64,000 bases of DNA, from positions 832,001-896,000 of the forward strand of contig OZ245003.1 in NCBI GenBank assembly GCA_965223425.1, given 5' to 3'. The DNA is from Nitrosopumilus sp. GTDB taxonomy: Archaea; Thermoproteota; Nitrososphaeria; Nitrososphaerales; Nitrosopumilaceae. How positions within the stretch are numbered: the stretch's first letter is position 1; every line of letters starts with the position of its first letter. Under the pieces are notes generated by a model. It did no database searches, was not told the origin of the DNA, and saw only the letters and a list, made by a program, of their open reading frames with translations. The translations under genes and the position numbers were made by a program. Below are positions 21,065 through 32,133 of the stretch, piece after piece.

Positions 21065-21400
21065 CATAGGTGCGCACAAAGGCCTGCGAAGGCGTCTCCA
21101 AGTCCTCAAAGTTCAATGACATGTGTGGCCTGCGATAGTTGTACCACTGCATGAACAGCCTATCGGATCACTCTTTCTCATCATGAACTCCTCAAATCCG
21201 TGCAGCTTGCGCTGTATCTTGCCGTGCAGCATGGAGCTTGACGTGATAACGGGCCTTGCAAACCTTGATCTGTTGTGGAATCGCAAGAAGAAACGGCCCA
21301 AGCCTGCATTCTGACCTTATAATGCTAGGGTGCATCAAGGCACGGAGATTCTGCGCATGATATTCTGATATGACTGTTTTTTCTGTCATGTTTGGCCGGT
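21065..21400 (-). pseudogene. IS481/IS3-type integrase-core transposase remnant
   Basis: Minus-strand translation includes WYNYRRPHMSLNFEDLETPSQAF; frameshifted. Confidence 0.6.
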
Positions 21401-21524
21401 TTTTCTGTAATATGTCGTCCCCCAACGCTGCTATGTGTGGGTATGACATGATCATAATATGTTCATGTGTGATGTATGGATGGATTACGCATACGATCTA
21501 TTATAGACATCTTACCCTCCATGC

Positions 21525-22100
21525 ATGGAATTGGATTCTATAATTCTAGTAATCATAGGAATTATTACACCCATCATAATTGCATATCTGTTCAAATATC
21601 CCTTACAGCCAAATATTGAAAAAATCTTTGAAAAAAACAGAAATGAATCACTGGCAGGATTATTTCTCTTGATATACGAACACGATTCTAAATTCGAATA
21701 TTTTTATGAATTTTTTGAAAAAAGATTTTTTATACTAAACGATAATATTTCAAATTTTAAACTTACAAAACAAGAGATAACTGAGTTAGAGCAGGCATAT
21801 CAAAATTATAAAAATCCAGTTATAGATATTTTTAAAAAATTTGAAGAGTTGAAAAATTTGAGTAGTTTTGTAGGTTTGGATGTAATCAAATTATTCAAAT
21901 ATTATTTGGAAGTTTCATATTTTTACTGTGATGAATTATCTATGCAATTCAATGACACACATTATCTAAATGAACGAAAACAAGCTGCAATGAATCTTGT
22001 AACCATCATAAAAAAAGAAAATTCCCCTAAAAATGAATTTGAATTTTTAATTAATGAATTTATATCCAAATGGGAAAACAGGCTACCAGATAGGATATGA
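21525..22100 (+). CDS. Membrane-anchored hypothetical protein, very AT-rich
   Basis: 191-aa ORF with an N-terminal hydrophobic helix. Confidence 0.65.
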   Translation: MELDSIILVIIGIITPIIIAYLFKYPLQPNIEKIFEKNRNESLAGLFLLIYEHDSKFEYFYEFFEKRFFILNDNISNFKLTKQEITELEQAYQNYKNPVIDIFKKFEELKNLSSFVGLDVIKLFKYYLEVSYFYCDELSMQFNDTHYLNERKQAAMNLVTIIKKENSPKNEFEFLINEFISKWENRLPDRI

Positions 22101-22189
22101 TCTAGCCTGCAATCTTTGCCAGTTTCTTCAATTCTTCTCGGGTCAAGATGGACAAAACAATCAAAACACTACTATGATATTCTCATTTA

Positions 22190-22378
22190 TTATTTGGAAG
22201 ATTGCCTTTTGAGCTCTTCTTCTACTGCATCCTTTATCTCGGATAGCAGATCCTCTGAATGAATTACCGTGGTTCTAAGTCCCATGATTATCTCGTGTGC
22301 CGTAAGCTCGGTATTTTTTACATGTGGTGCAAACGTATTCTTGAACGTCCTTTGTTTAGATGAATGTTGAATCATCAT
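22190..22378 (-). CDS. Small protein, TFKNTFAP family (paralog 3)
   Basis: Homologous to 22418..22645 and 25460..25669. Confidence 0.7.
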   Translation of the reverse strand: MMIQHSSKQRTFKNTFAPHVKNTELTAHEIIMGLRTTVIHSEDLLSEIKDAVEEELKRQSSK

Positions 22379-22417
22379 TTCCCAATCTCCTATTAAACAA
22401 ACGAGGACAGCACACCA

Positions 22418-22645
22418 TCATATCTTGGCGCGTGTGGCGGGATCGCCCTTGCGCCGTTTGCCCTTTTTGATTCTTTCAAGCTCCTCGCTTACGGCATCCT
22501 GCACCTCCGGCGGGAGATCCTTAAAGTCAAGTGCGGTGGTTTTTAGCCCCAATATTATGGCATGAACCCCAAGCTCGCTGTTCTTCACGTCTGGCGCAAA
22601 CGTGTTCTTGAATGTCCTTTGCCTAGATGTATTCTGAAGTGCCAT
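22418..22645 (-). CDS. Small protein, TFKNTFAP family (paralog 2)
   Basis: TFKNTFAP..N..L..H.II.GL......DLPPEVQ.AV..EL.R shared across the family. Confidence 0.7.
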   Translation of the reverse strand: MALQNTSRQRTFKNTFAPDVKNSELGVHAIILGLKTTALDFKDLPPEVQDAVSEELERIKKGKRRKGDPATRAKI

Positions 22646-22705
22646 CTCCCTGTATCCTCATTATGAATAGTTGGTCATACTGCTTTTTATGTTTTAGAGC
22701 CTTGG

Positions 22706-23933
22706 CGGTGCTGTCCAAATTTTTCCCGGAAATTTCCAGAAAAGCTTATAGATCATGACGAAATCCTGCTGCAAGGCTTTTGGATCACGGGCTTGGCACC
22801 ACGTCAATGTCAAAACGACGAAAAAAGGGCAGGAAAAACGGACAGCATGACGCCCACGTCCGAAGGTACAGGATCCAGATGTGCCGGAACTATTCAGCAT
22901 ACGAGAAGAAGCGGAGGGGCGAGGGCAACAAGATAGTGACGAGGATCAAAAAACTCAAAGAAATGATCCCCGCCGTCTTGGAGGGCGCCTCCAAGGACGA
23001 GACATCGGCACTATTGTGCGTGCTGGACATGGTGTTCCGTAACCACTCGTACAGGGTTCACGTCACGTACATGGAACTGCACCCGGGTACGGTAAACGCC
23101 TACGGCCTAAAAAGGATTCCATCAAAATCGTCACTGCACAACATGGCAAAAGCGCTGTCAGGGAGGATCGAGCAGCTCGCAGGACTGCTTCTGGCACAGG
23201 CAGGAGACGACGCGCGCGGCACCGTCATAGGCGACTCGTCTGGGTTCTCCATCATGAATTACGCGGACTGGGAGGAGGCCAAGAAAGGACTCGTCTCAAG
23301 GCGCGAGTTTGACAAGCTGCACGTGCTGGTGGCCCCGCACGGCATGATATCTGCGTGCGAGGTGACGTACGGCAGAAAGCACGACTCGCCGGTGTTCTGC
23401 GACATGTACGGGAGGATCCCGCACGGCGACACCGGCGGCCACGTCCTGCTGGATGCGGCATACCTCTCAAGGAAGAACTGCCGTATCATTGCAGACAGCG
23501 GAAGGGAGCCGGTCATATGTCCCAAGAAGAACTCTGTTCCCAGGGGGTTTAACCCCATGGGAAAAATGCTTCGCTGGCACAGGGACGACCCGTGCGGGTT
23601 TGCAAAGGCCTACGGCCAGCGCAGCCTGGTGGAGAACACGTTTTCTGTCATGAAGGAGAGGTTCGGCGCAGTCGCCCGTGCAAGGACGGCATCCATGAGA
23701 AGGCTGCAGCTTGTCCTAAAGTGCATCTGCTACAACCTGGTCGCATAAGACTGCCGTAATGCGGAGAGGGCTTTCCCAGCGTAAGCTGTACTCCTGCTTG
23801 CCATTCTTTGGGACAAGGCACCTGATGACGGTGTCACCGGTATTCTTCTGGCATGGGCAGCACCGATGCTTGCCTGTTTTTGCGCAAAAATCACGAAACA
23901 TGTGATCGAAATCAGTCAATTTGGACAGCACCG
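22706..23933 (+). mobile_element. IS5-family element (transposase 22780..23748)
   Basis: 16-bp TIR CGGTGCTGTCCAAATT; DSSGF, KLHV, HDSP, LDAAY and YGQRSLVE motifs; no TSD seen. Confidence 0.88.
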
Positions 23934-23976
23934 ACTGAACAGAAAAGCTTATTGATCACCAGATCAGCTGCAAGCT

Positions 23977-24966
23977 GTGAACGAAGTACAGGCACTGACG
24001 GAGGCCATGCGTGCAGAGAAGAACATCAAGATTCGTGACAGGATGCCGGCAGTGCGCGGAGTCCTCATGGGACACTCTACGGCAGATCTTGCAGATATTG
24101 CCAACGTAGACCAACGCACAGTCCAGCTGTGGGTATGCAGGTTCAGAAAATATGGCGCAGATGGCCTCCGGGACGCGCCAGGAAGAGGCAAAAGCCCGGA
24201 CGTCTTGTACGCATTGATAGAAAAGCTGGCCGACAGGCTTTGCAAAAAGAACACGCCGACTCCGCGAAAGCTGCGCAACCAGATACGTCGCAAGACAAAC
24301 AGAAGATACAGCATGTCCAACATGCGCAGGATAATGCGCGTCTTTGGATTCTCCTGCAAGACATCCACGACAGTATACGGGAACAGTGCAGGCGCCGACG
24401 AGGTACGACGGTGGCAAAAAGACGCCTCAGCAGTCATTTCACGTGCAAAAAGGCGTGGATTCCGGATTGCGATACAGGACGAGTCGATATTCATAAGGAT
24501 CGGTGAGGACGGCAAGAGGCTGTGGTCGCGCATAGGCGATCCCGTGGAGATAGAAAGGTCAGGACGCAGGGACAAGACAGTCGTATACGGGGCGCTTGCA
24601 GATGACGGCACCAGACTGATGCGCCTGTATGACAAGTTTGACGGCCCTACGTTTGTGAGGTACCTGGCAGAGGCCCGCCGCAAGTGGGGCAAGGTGCTGC
24701 TGATAACGGACAATGCCGGCCAGCACAAGACGGCGGCGGCAAGAAAATACTTGGAGGATCACAAGGGAGAGATCGAGATACTCTACCTGCCTGTTGCCAC
24801 TCCGAAGCTTAGTGCCATCGAGGCGTTGTGGAAGCAGGCCAAGTACAGGCTGATCACGGCAGCACACTATGACACGCTTGAAGATCTCAAACACACAGTG
24901 TCAGAGTACTTTAGGACATGTTCCATTAAACTTGACATCTACAGGTATCTAGCTCGTTGTGTTTGA
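23977..24966 (+). CDS. IS630-family transposase, type C
   Basis: HTH plus QDES, DNAGQH and PKLSAIE motifs. Confidence 0.85.
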   Translation: MNEVQALTEAMRAEKNIKIRDRMPAVRGVLMGHSTADLADIANVDQRTVQLWVCRFRKYGADGLRDAPGRGKSPDVLYALIEKLADRLCKKNTPTPRKLRNQIRRKTNRRYSMSNMRRIMRVFGFSCKTSTTVYGNSAGADEVRRWQKDASAVISRAKRRGFRIAIQDESIFIRIGEDGKRLWSRIGDPVEIERSGRRDKTVVYGALADDGTRLMRLYDKFDGPTFVRYLAEARRKWGKVLLITDNAGQHKTAAARKYLEDHKGEIEILYLPVATPKLSAIEALWKQAKYRLITAAHYDTLEDLKHTVSEYFRTCSIKLDIYRYLARCV

Positions 24967-24999
24967 GGCGAAATTTTCAATGATCGCCACTCTAGCCTC

Positions 25000-25373
25000 T
25001 TACGTCTGAAGAGCTGTTAAACTTTTATGACCTTGGATATTTGGGGATTGAAAAGGACTTTCCAAAACAGACCAGCATTTTGCCATACAGAAAAAAGAAA
25101 GGAAGAAAGTTAACTGATTCTCAGAAAGAGTGGAACAAATCTCAAGCTAAAATTAGAATCAGGATAGAGCATGTCATTGCACAAATCAAAAAATTCAGAA
25201 TTAGCGCATATACATTTAGGAACAGATTGCGTCGTTATGACACCATTAGCGAGATAGTCTGCGGAATTGTTAATTTCAAGATACGGCAGAAGCAAAAGCT
25301 TGCTGTGATTCCATAAAACCAAAAACTATCGAGTGAAAGATGGGATTTTGATTGTAATTGCGCAACTCATCTA
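25000..25373 (+). pseudogene. DDE_Tnp_4 transposase, C-terminal remnant
   Basis: DLGYLG...RIRIEHVIAQIKKFRI. Confidence 0.75.
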
Positions 25374-25459
25374 ATGCATTTGATGAGGCCAACGCCAACT
25401 AGTCTCACGGTGGATTAGTCAGTGTTGAAGAATAAAGTGGAAAGTCGACACGGAAATTT

Positions 25460-25669
25460 TCATGGAGTGTTGTTTATATCGCCTTTTTGCACCGACTGTC
25501 TCCTGAGCTCGGCGGCAACAGCCTTTTGCACCTCCGGCGGCAGATCCTCGTGATGAAGCAGCGACACTCGCAGGCCCATTATCACGTCGTGTACGCTCAA
25601 AAAGTCGTTGTCCATATGCGGTGCAAACGTGTTCTTGAACGTCTGATTAGATGAATCTTGGAGGGTCAT
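25460..25669 (-). CDS. Small protein, TFKNTFAP family (paralog 1)
   Basis: Start overlaps the 3' end of 25647..26099; two paralogs in the window. Confidence 0.7.
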   Translation of the reverse strand: MTLQDSSNQTFKNTFAPHMDNDFLSVHDVIMGLRVSLLHHEDLPPEVQKAVAAELRRQSVQKGDINNTP

Positions 25670-26099
25670 TCTTTTTCAACACTACTATAGATAGTTGTCC
25701 ATACCTTCGTTTATACTTTAATGCCTTCTCACGCTCGATTCCGGAGATTGCCATGGTGATATCCCTGTATGTGATCCCGTTAATGTCAGTCCACTGGCCC
25801 AGCATTACGCCTGCTCCCTGTTTGCGAAACCTGACATACTCATTTCTAGTGTGCTCATCAAAGTCCTTCCTGTTGTTGGTGACAGAGATAAGGTAGACTG
25901 GCTGTCCACCATCTGTAAGTCTTTCAAAAAGTGTGTCCCTTTCGTCTGGCTTTGCCAGATCTATACAGGATCCAATGCTCGGATGATATGTTACGGATTT
26001 TGAACCGTGCTGCCGGATTGACTTTACTCCAGCATCGTACTCCCTGCCGTATTCGTGAGGATCGTGTTGTTGCTTGCGATCCAAATCTGGCTCACTCAC
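25647..26099 (-). CDS. Hypothetical protein with GxWxDxxGxxYxD...A...YxQxSI motif
   Basis: 150-aa ORF coupled by a GTGA overlap to the upstream small ORF. Confidence 0.7.
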   Translation of the reverse strand: MSEPDLDRKQQHDPHEYGREYDAGVKSIRQHGSKSVTYHPSIGSCIDLAKPDERDTLFERLTDGGQPVYLISVTNNRKDFDEHTRNEYVRFRKQGAGVMLGQWTDINGITYRDITMAISGIEREKALKYKRRYGQLSIVVLKKNDPPRFI

Positions 26100-26263
26100 G
26101 CTACAATCTTTGCAAGCTTTTTGAGTTCTTCTTTGGTCAATGTCAGCCTGAACAGCACTGCGTCTGGATTCTTTGCATTCTTGGCCTGCGGATAAAAACT
26201 AATCACAAACTTGGAGCCGTCCTTTTTTATCTCGTATGGCCTTCCGCCGATGGTATCTCGCAT
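26096..26263 (-). CDS. 55-aa small protein, paralog of 3019..3186
   Basis: MRDTIGGRPYEIKKDGSKFVISFYPQAKNAKNPDAVLFRLTLTKEELKKLAKIVA. Confidence 0.7.
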   Translation of the reverse strand: MRDTIGGRPYEIKKDGSKFVISFYPQAKNAKNPDAVLFRLTLTKEELKKLAKIVA

Positions 26264-26317
26264 GATGATATGAAACAGGCGTGATTTATAGAGTTATTGT
26301 ATTATCTAAAATTTTAG

Positions 26318-27007
26318 TCAGATCTCCATTACTGTCACTGTATCGTTTTGATGTATGGCATAATGGTGTAATGTGGTATCAAGACAGATGTGGTATTTGT
26401 TTTGCCGTACCTCTGGTGCTCTGGTATGGCCAAATATCTGCCTGATTGCTGGAATGTCTGTAAACTCGTCATAGTCACACCATACGATTCCGCCGTTTTT
26501 GTGTGGACCACCGCGCGATATTCCGACCTGAAAGAATTTTTGCAGACGGTTCGCATCATCAATATGTCTTAGATCCTCAACTGACTGTACCATGAACTCT
26601 TTCAGACTCACAGTTCCATATTCCTCAAAGAACTGCCTGCTTACACCTGCATGGGTACAAAGATAGCTGCCAACATAGCAGTACGAAGTCATTTTCGTCC
26701 ACGGTATGTCATATGAATCTATGATGTATCTTTTGAACTCGGAGAATCCAGAGCAGTGAAATGCAGGATTGCCAGTCATGTAGTGCAGATCATGGTTTCC
26801 AACCAAGTGAACTCTGTCTTGCTGCTCCAGTGATGTGGCAAGCCATCTTGCAGTATTGTGAGTGTCCAAGGCCGTCTCGTAGAACGCATCAAAATAATCT
26901 CCCAGAAATACAGTCTTGTCCGGGGATTCCCTTTCTATGATGGATTCTGCAGTCTGGAATTTTGTGTGGATGTCCGGTATTATGAGGGTTTTAGCGTCGT
27001 GTGCCAT
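26318..27007 (-). CDS. Calcineurin-like metallophosphoesterase
   Basis: DIH, GDYFD, GNHD, HAG and GHT motifs. Confidence 0.88.
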   Translation of the reverse strand: MAHDAKTLIIPDIHTKFQTAESIIERESPDKTVFLGDYFDAFYETALDTHNTARWLATSLEQQDRVHLVGNHDLHYMTGNPAFHCSGFSEFKRYIIDSYDIPWTKMTSYCYVGSYLCTHAGVSRQFFEEYGTVSLKEFMVQSVEDLRHIDDANRLQKFFQVGISRGGPHKNGGIVWCDYDEFTDIPAIRQIFGHTRAPEVRQNKYHICLDTTLHHYAIHQNDTVTVMEI

Positions 27008-27058
27008 ACTTGGTATGATGCATGTATGAATTTGTGTCTAGCTTTGCCATGATAAATA

Positions 27059-29275
27059 GTGTTAATATCATCAATACAGGTTTTGCATGAATTATTTCAT
27101 ATATTAGAATCACGTTGTAATGTCGTGGAGTCAAAGAGAATATGCAAGGAAGTCTGCAAAAGATTCAGGGTAAAAAAGCCCGCCTCTGGAGGCAGATACG
27201 AGGCAGGACAGGGACGATGCCAGACATGTGACGTATGGATAGACTATCACGGAGGACATCTCAAGGACGGGGCCCCTGCAAGAATTGACTCGGCCGGATG
27301 GTTCTGCAACTGTTGCAACTACAGAGTCCGCAGGAATCCAAGAAACATAGATCGCAAGGCAAAGTTGAGATCCGCAGATTCAGATGAGACAACCTCCGGT
27401 AAAAACGACGATGGTGTGGATCTGTCATATTTTAACAAGCGCCGAGCCCGCATGATAAAGTACATTGCAAGATGCATTCCAAGAGACAGGGATGTGTTTG
27501 ACGAGTACGAATTCAGGGATGCGCTCATGCAACACACCATGTCTACATATGATATAGAGTCGGAATTCAACATGCCGATTGAGGATATAATCAGCCTTGC
27601 ATATACGACAACTCCGCCAAACAAGATATCGATGATCGTGGAGCTTGAGCGAGTTCGTGCCGTTCTAGGTGATACTCCAACAAAGCAAGAGTTTGAAGAG
27701 AATTCCAGCCTTACAGTATCGCAGTATGACGATGAATTTGTGTCTTGGGAACATCTCTTAGACAGGCTGGATTATGATCCGTGGTACAGAGACAAGGCAA
27801 AGACGACACTTCCTACCTTTGAGAATATCATGCTACCGCTTTTGGAATTTTTATCAGACAGTCATAAAAGAGATTATTCAGAAGTAACTAATTATCTGGC
27901 ATCCTATTTCAAACTAACTCAGAAAAGCCTGAAAATGCAAAAGCCGTCTGGAGGAAGTTATTTTTACAATAAGATCGGATGGGCCAAAACATATCTGACA
28001 CGTGCAGGCGTCTTGCAAAAGAAGGCAAAAGTATTTCAGATATCTACACTGGGTTTGGATGTATTAAAACAGAAACCGCCAAGAATTGACCGTGCGTTTC
28101 TGCACCGGCTTTCAGAGAATGCTTTGCACGAATCAGAGTCAGACAAAAAACACAGTCAGAACCAGAATATTCATACAGCACAGGAACCGTCACACGAAGA
28201 ATACATGAACAGGCTCAATTGTCTAATTGACAAGACGCTACGTCTGGTAAAATCCAGTCAGAGCGGTGCATACATGAGCGATATCAGGATGTTGCTTGAT
28301 ATCTCACAGGAGGAGATGTCCGGCGTTGCCACAAGGCTGATAAGAATAGACGGTGTCTCCAAAAAAGAGATTATTCATGATGGAATGCTAAAGGATATCT
28401 TGTTTCGATATGATGAACCAGTTGATGATATTGAGTCAAATGATATCGCACAAAATGAATACATTGAACAAACATCTGTACAAACAACAGACAGTATAGA
28501 TGGAATAGCACAACAAATGATTGATCATTATTACGCAAATAGAAAGCTAGACAAATCTTTGCAACACAGTTTGACTATGGAATATCTCAAGTCCAGATCG
28601 ATAGAATCCGTAATTGAGAATCATCCTGACCTGTCAGAGAAGGATATTCGACGCCATGTAAGAACACCACTGCGCTTACCAGATGAATTAAGAGTGCTCA
28701 ATGAGACAGGCCTGCATCCAGATCCAGAATATTCACTATACATTGCACTTTTTGCAACAGATCATTACCAGTGGAACGGAGAAAAAGATGTGGAAGAGAA
28801 TGTGATACACATGGCCAAGTTATTATCAAGATATGTTATGTCATTGAACAAATCCCCCAGAGGTAAATATGAGAAAAGCCAAGATGGTATAAAAGGTGGA
28901 ACTCTATCAACTGCCATAGCTGTCTGGATAGCCGTTGCCACACTACATAAAGAGCATGGAATGGATACTGTCTTCTCAAAGCAGCTCATAACAGACAAAA
29001 TGATCCAGCAAAAACTATGTAATGTATCCTACAAAACCATCTCAGATCACATCTCAGGTCACTGTGTTGCCAATGCCCCAACAACAACGTCTGCAGTTCA
29101 TCGAAAGCTGTATCGTGTTGGGCCTGGAGCATACAGGTTATACAAGAGAGGCGAGTCGTGTCATCCTACTAGAGAACGATGTAAAATAGCACCACTTCCC
29201 ATACAAATGTCAGATGAATACAAAGATCTTAGAAGATGGTATGATGAAGAGTACTGTAGAGCCAATGATTCATAG
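27059..29275 (+). CDS. Multidomain DNA-binding protein: Zn finger, homing-endonuclease-associated repeat, Mrr_N, wHTH
   Basis: CxxxC/CxxC/CxCC N-terminus; LGDTPTKQEF...SW repeat; LPTFENIMLPLLEFL...IGWAKTYLTRAG (Mrr N-terminal domain). Confidence 0.7.
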   Translation: MLISSIQVLHELFHILESRCNVVESKRICKEVCKRFRVKKPASGGRYEAGQGRCQTCDVWIDYHGGHLKDGAPARIDSAGWFCNCCNYRVRRNPRNIDRKAKLRSADSDETTSGKNDDGVDLSYFNKRRARMIKYIARCIPRDRDVFDEYEFRDALMQHTMSTYDIESEFNMPIEDIISLAYTTTPPNKISMIVELERVRAVLGDTPTKQEFEENSSLTVSQYDDEFVSWEHLLDRLDYDPWYRDKAKTTLPTFENIMLPLLEFLSDSHKRDYSEVTNYLASYFKLTQKSLKMQKPSGGSYFYNKIGWAKTYLTRAGVLQKKAKVFQISTLGLDVLKQKPPRIDRAFLHRLSENALHESESDKKHSQNQNIHTAQEPSHEEYMNRLNCLIDKTLRLVKSSQSGAYMSDIRMLLDISQEEMSGVATRLIRIDGVSKKEIIHDGMLKDILFRYDEPVDDIESNDIAQNEYIEQTSVQTTDSIDGIAQQMIDHYYANRKLDKSLQHSLTMEYLKSRSIESVIENHPDLSEKDIRRHVRTPLRLPDELRVLNETGLHPDPEYSLYIALFATDHYQWNGEKDVEENVIHMAKLLSRYVMSLNKSPRGKYEKSQDGIKGGTLSTAIAVWIAVATLHKEHGMDTVFSKQLITDKMIQQKLCNVSYKTISDHISGHCVANAPTTTSAVHRKLYRVGPGAYRLYKRGESCHPTRERCKIAPLPIQMSDEYKDLRRWYDEEYCRANDS

Positions 29276-29569
29276 GCTGTATGGTGGCCTGTATTCTGTT
29301 CTGATGTTTGGAAATTTTTGCTCTATCATCTTTGCAAGCTGCTTTGCATATTGACTGCGGGAGTTGTCAGTAATCACATATTTTGGATTTACTGCTTCGA
29401 TATAGTCATAGATTCCTCTAATTGATGTGTGTGCCGCAAGATTAAATCTACATCCTCCTTCAAAGGGAATTATCGGTGGCTCCTTTTTTGTAAATCTGAA
29501 TCTGTCCACCATGATCTTATGACAGTGATATACTTCATCATCTAATACCATATTTGACAGGAACATCAC
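29270..29569 (-). pseudogene. Probable C-terminal fragment of an MBL/beta-CASP protein
   Basis: LAAHTS....YIEAVNPKYVIT pattern; N-terminus missing. Confidence 0.45.
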
Positions 29570-29653
29570 ACATTTTTTGTTGGAGTGTAGGATATTCCAA
29601 AAATAAGGCGACTCGGTTTCTTTTCTGCAATAACGGGATTAGCAAAAAATACT

Positions 29654-30514
29654 TTGAAATTAGAAACCAAAAAACCTGTTTCTCCAAAACAGACAAAAAA
29701 GATTGAAGATATACGAAATGCATTATTAAAAATCAAAACAGTTAGAGAGGATCTGAAAATGTATCCTGTTTTAGATATAGAGAATGATTCCTCTGCAAAA
29801 ATGATCCATATTTTTGCAGATATTGATAGTACTTTGACTCATGCTGGCGTATCATCCCTAAATAGAAATGTTAAATCATTAATTGGTAAATTCACTGAAA
29901 AAAATTGCAATGTCTATTTTTGTACAGGTCGTTCATATCAAGATGTAGATCGCTTAAGAATTCAATATGCTACTGGGGATTATGCTATTGCTGAAAGTGG
30001 GGGAATAATTCTTGGTATGCCACCACATCTAGGCAGACGGGGAGATAAAAAACCAATTACACGATTAATAAAACATCTGAAATACCACGATATAGATTTT
30101 ACAATAGATCCTAATCAAAAAAATCGAAGGACAGAATATGTATTCTTGAAGGAGTCAATTAAAGAAAATGTCTTGAAAAAAGCCATTAAACAATCTAAAG
30201 CGAATGTAGAGTATCATATGAGCAAAAATACTTACCACATTAGTAAAAAAGGAATCAATAAAGGCACAACAATGGAACATCTTACGGGTGCAGATGAATT
30301 AGACTTAGATCCTGAAATTGATCAAGTAATTGCAATAGGAGGCAGCGATCTAGATTATCCTATGTTTGTGTATGCAGACAAAGGCTATCTGGTGGGCAAA
30401 CCTGAAAAACATCTTAAGGAAAAAATATCAAAACTAAAGAAAAAAATCAAAATATTAAATCCAGCACCAAAAGCACTTGTGGAATTATACGAAGAATTAT
30501 TCCCATACGGCTAA
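29654..30514 (+). CDS. HAD-superfamily IIB hydrolase
   Basis: DIDSTL, CTGR, NKG motifs; motif IV reads AIGGSDLD. Confidence 0.82.
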   Translation: MKLETKKPVSPKQTKKIEDIRNALLKIKTVREDLKMYPVLDIENDSSAKMIHIFADIDSTLTHAGVSSLNRNVKSLIGKFTEKNCNVYFCTGRSYQDVDRLRIQYATGDYAIAESGGIILGMPPHLGRRGDKKPITRLIKHLKYHDIDFTIDPNQKNRRTEYVFLKESIKENVLKKAIKQSKANVEYHMSKNTYHISKKGINKGTTMEHLTGADELDLDPEIDQVIAIGGSDLDYPMFVYADKGYLVGKPEKHLKEKISKLKKKIKILNPAPKALVELYEELFPYG

Positions 30515-30630
30515 AATTACTACAAATATAATCAAATTTTCAAACACCCGAAAGTAAACAAGAAGAATTATTCAAATCAAACCACGTAGATTACACAATT
30601 CCCACTGATCAATAAATACTAGCGCCATAT

Positions 30631-32133
30631 TAGACTTTATGCATAATTGAATCATAAAAATTTTTCCGAAAGATTTAGATCCATTTTGATCGCCGCAACA
30701 GGTAATGGAATCTTCAGAACAGACTATACGCAGGCTGCAAAGGGAGCTCAAACAAAAGGACACAGCAATCAAGCAAAAGGACACAGCAATCAAGCAAAAG
30801 GACACAGCAATCAAGCAGAACAACAGAGCAATCAAGCAGAACAACAGAGCAATCAAGCAGAACAACAGAGCAATCAGCAAGCGCGAGAAGACGATTGGCC
30901 TGCTGCGCGAGCAGCTGCTGCTGCGCGAGGACGGCCTGTGGGCCGTTACAGATGCAGGCCGCTCTGATACGGACACGTCGCTGCTGCACATCAGGGAGGT
31001 GATCCACGGCATACTGCACAACAGCGCAAAGCTTGCAGGGATTACCGTATGACCTTGACCAGTTTGACTACACCTGCAATGACTTTGTGGTAGAGTCAAA
31101 GAGGCACAACAAAGACGCGCCGCTCTTTTCAGAGGACGAAACACCGGATCCCGGAAACCGCTGCCTGCTTGACCGCAGATCCGTCCTGCTGCTTGCGCTG
31201 TTCCGCAAGCGCTCAAACGTGACGCAGGATGCCCTGGGAGTGCTGTTTGATGTTGACCAGTCCACCGTGTGCAGGTACCTCCGGTTCGCAGATTCCGTGC
31301 TGGCAGGGATCCTGCCTACTGCAGACAGGATGACCCGTCTGGTAAAAAAGGCCGAGACATCAGAGCAGCTAGAGCAGCTAATGCCGGACAGAACCATCAT
31401 AATTGACGGCACCGAGGTGCCAAGGCAGCGTCCGCAGGACAAGGATAAAAGAAAAAACACGTACTCTGGCAAAAAGAAGCGCTTTACGATTAACACCACC
31501 ATAACAACAAACAGGGCAGGCCTGATACTTGCAGCAGGCAGGTCCTTTGAGGGCGGGACGCACGACCTTACCATGATAAGAGAGGATCCGATAGACTTTG
31601 GCAGGTGGTCTAAATCCATGTACAAAAAGGACACTCCGGAAAAGGACAGGATACGGGTACTTGCAGACAAGGGATACCAGGGATGCCAATCACTACACGG
31701 GAATAGCACTTGAGATGCCGGAAAAAAAGAGGCCGCGGACGGAGCTGACGCAGCAGCAAAAGGACTCGAACAAAAGGATCAGCGCCAAGAGGGTAAAGGC
31801 GGGGCACGCCATCGGAAGAATAAAGCAGTGGGCAAGGATGACAGACCCGTATGACGGCACGGTAGAGGAGTTTCGCGAGGAGCTGGCTGTGTGTACCGGC
31901 CTTGCGAACTTTCAACTGCTGTGGGATGCAAAGAAAAAGCGGCCGTCACTTGGTTATTGACGGCACAGCACAGGGTGCATGAGGCACTGCAAGAGTGCGC
32001 ACGGATTTCTAATTTCTGCGAATTTACAATGATCTTTTGCATCAAAATTAAATAATTTCCTGGACTGGCTTTGTGTGTCTTGGTAGTGTGTGCTGCAGAA
32101 AAAATTTGACGGGTCAATTATGCATAAAGTCTA
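30631..32133 (+). mobile_element. IS5/ISL2-type element; frameshifted transposase with N-terminal heptad repeats
   Basis: Perfect 20-bp TIR TAGACTTTATGCATAATTGA; ORF pieces 30705-31052, 31033-31713 and 31598-31960 (IDGTE, YSGKKK, ADKGYQG). Confidence 0.88.
30750..30878 (+). repeat. 21-bp tandem repeats encoding AIKQKDT / AIKQNNR heptads
   Basis: About six units visible directly. Confidence 0.9.

Noticed and set aside
30750-30878. Possible CRISPR or non-coding repeat array
   Set aside because: Contiguous in-frame 21-bp coding repeats with no spacers.
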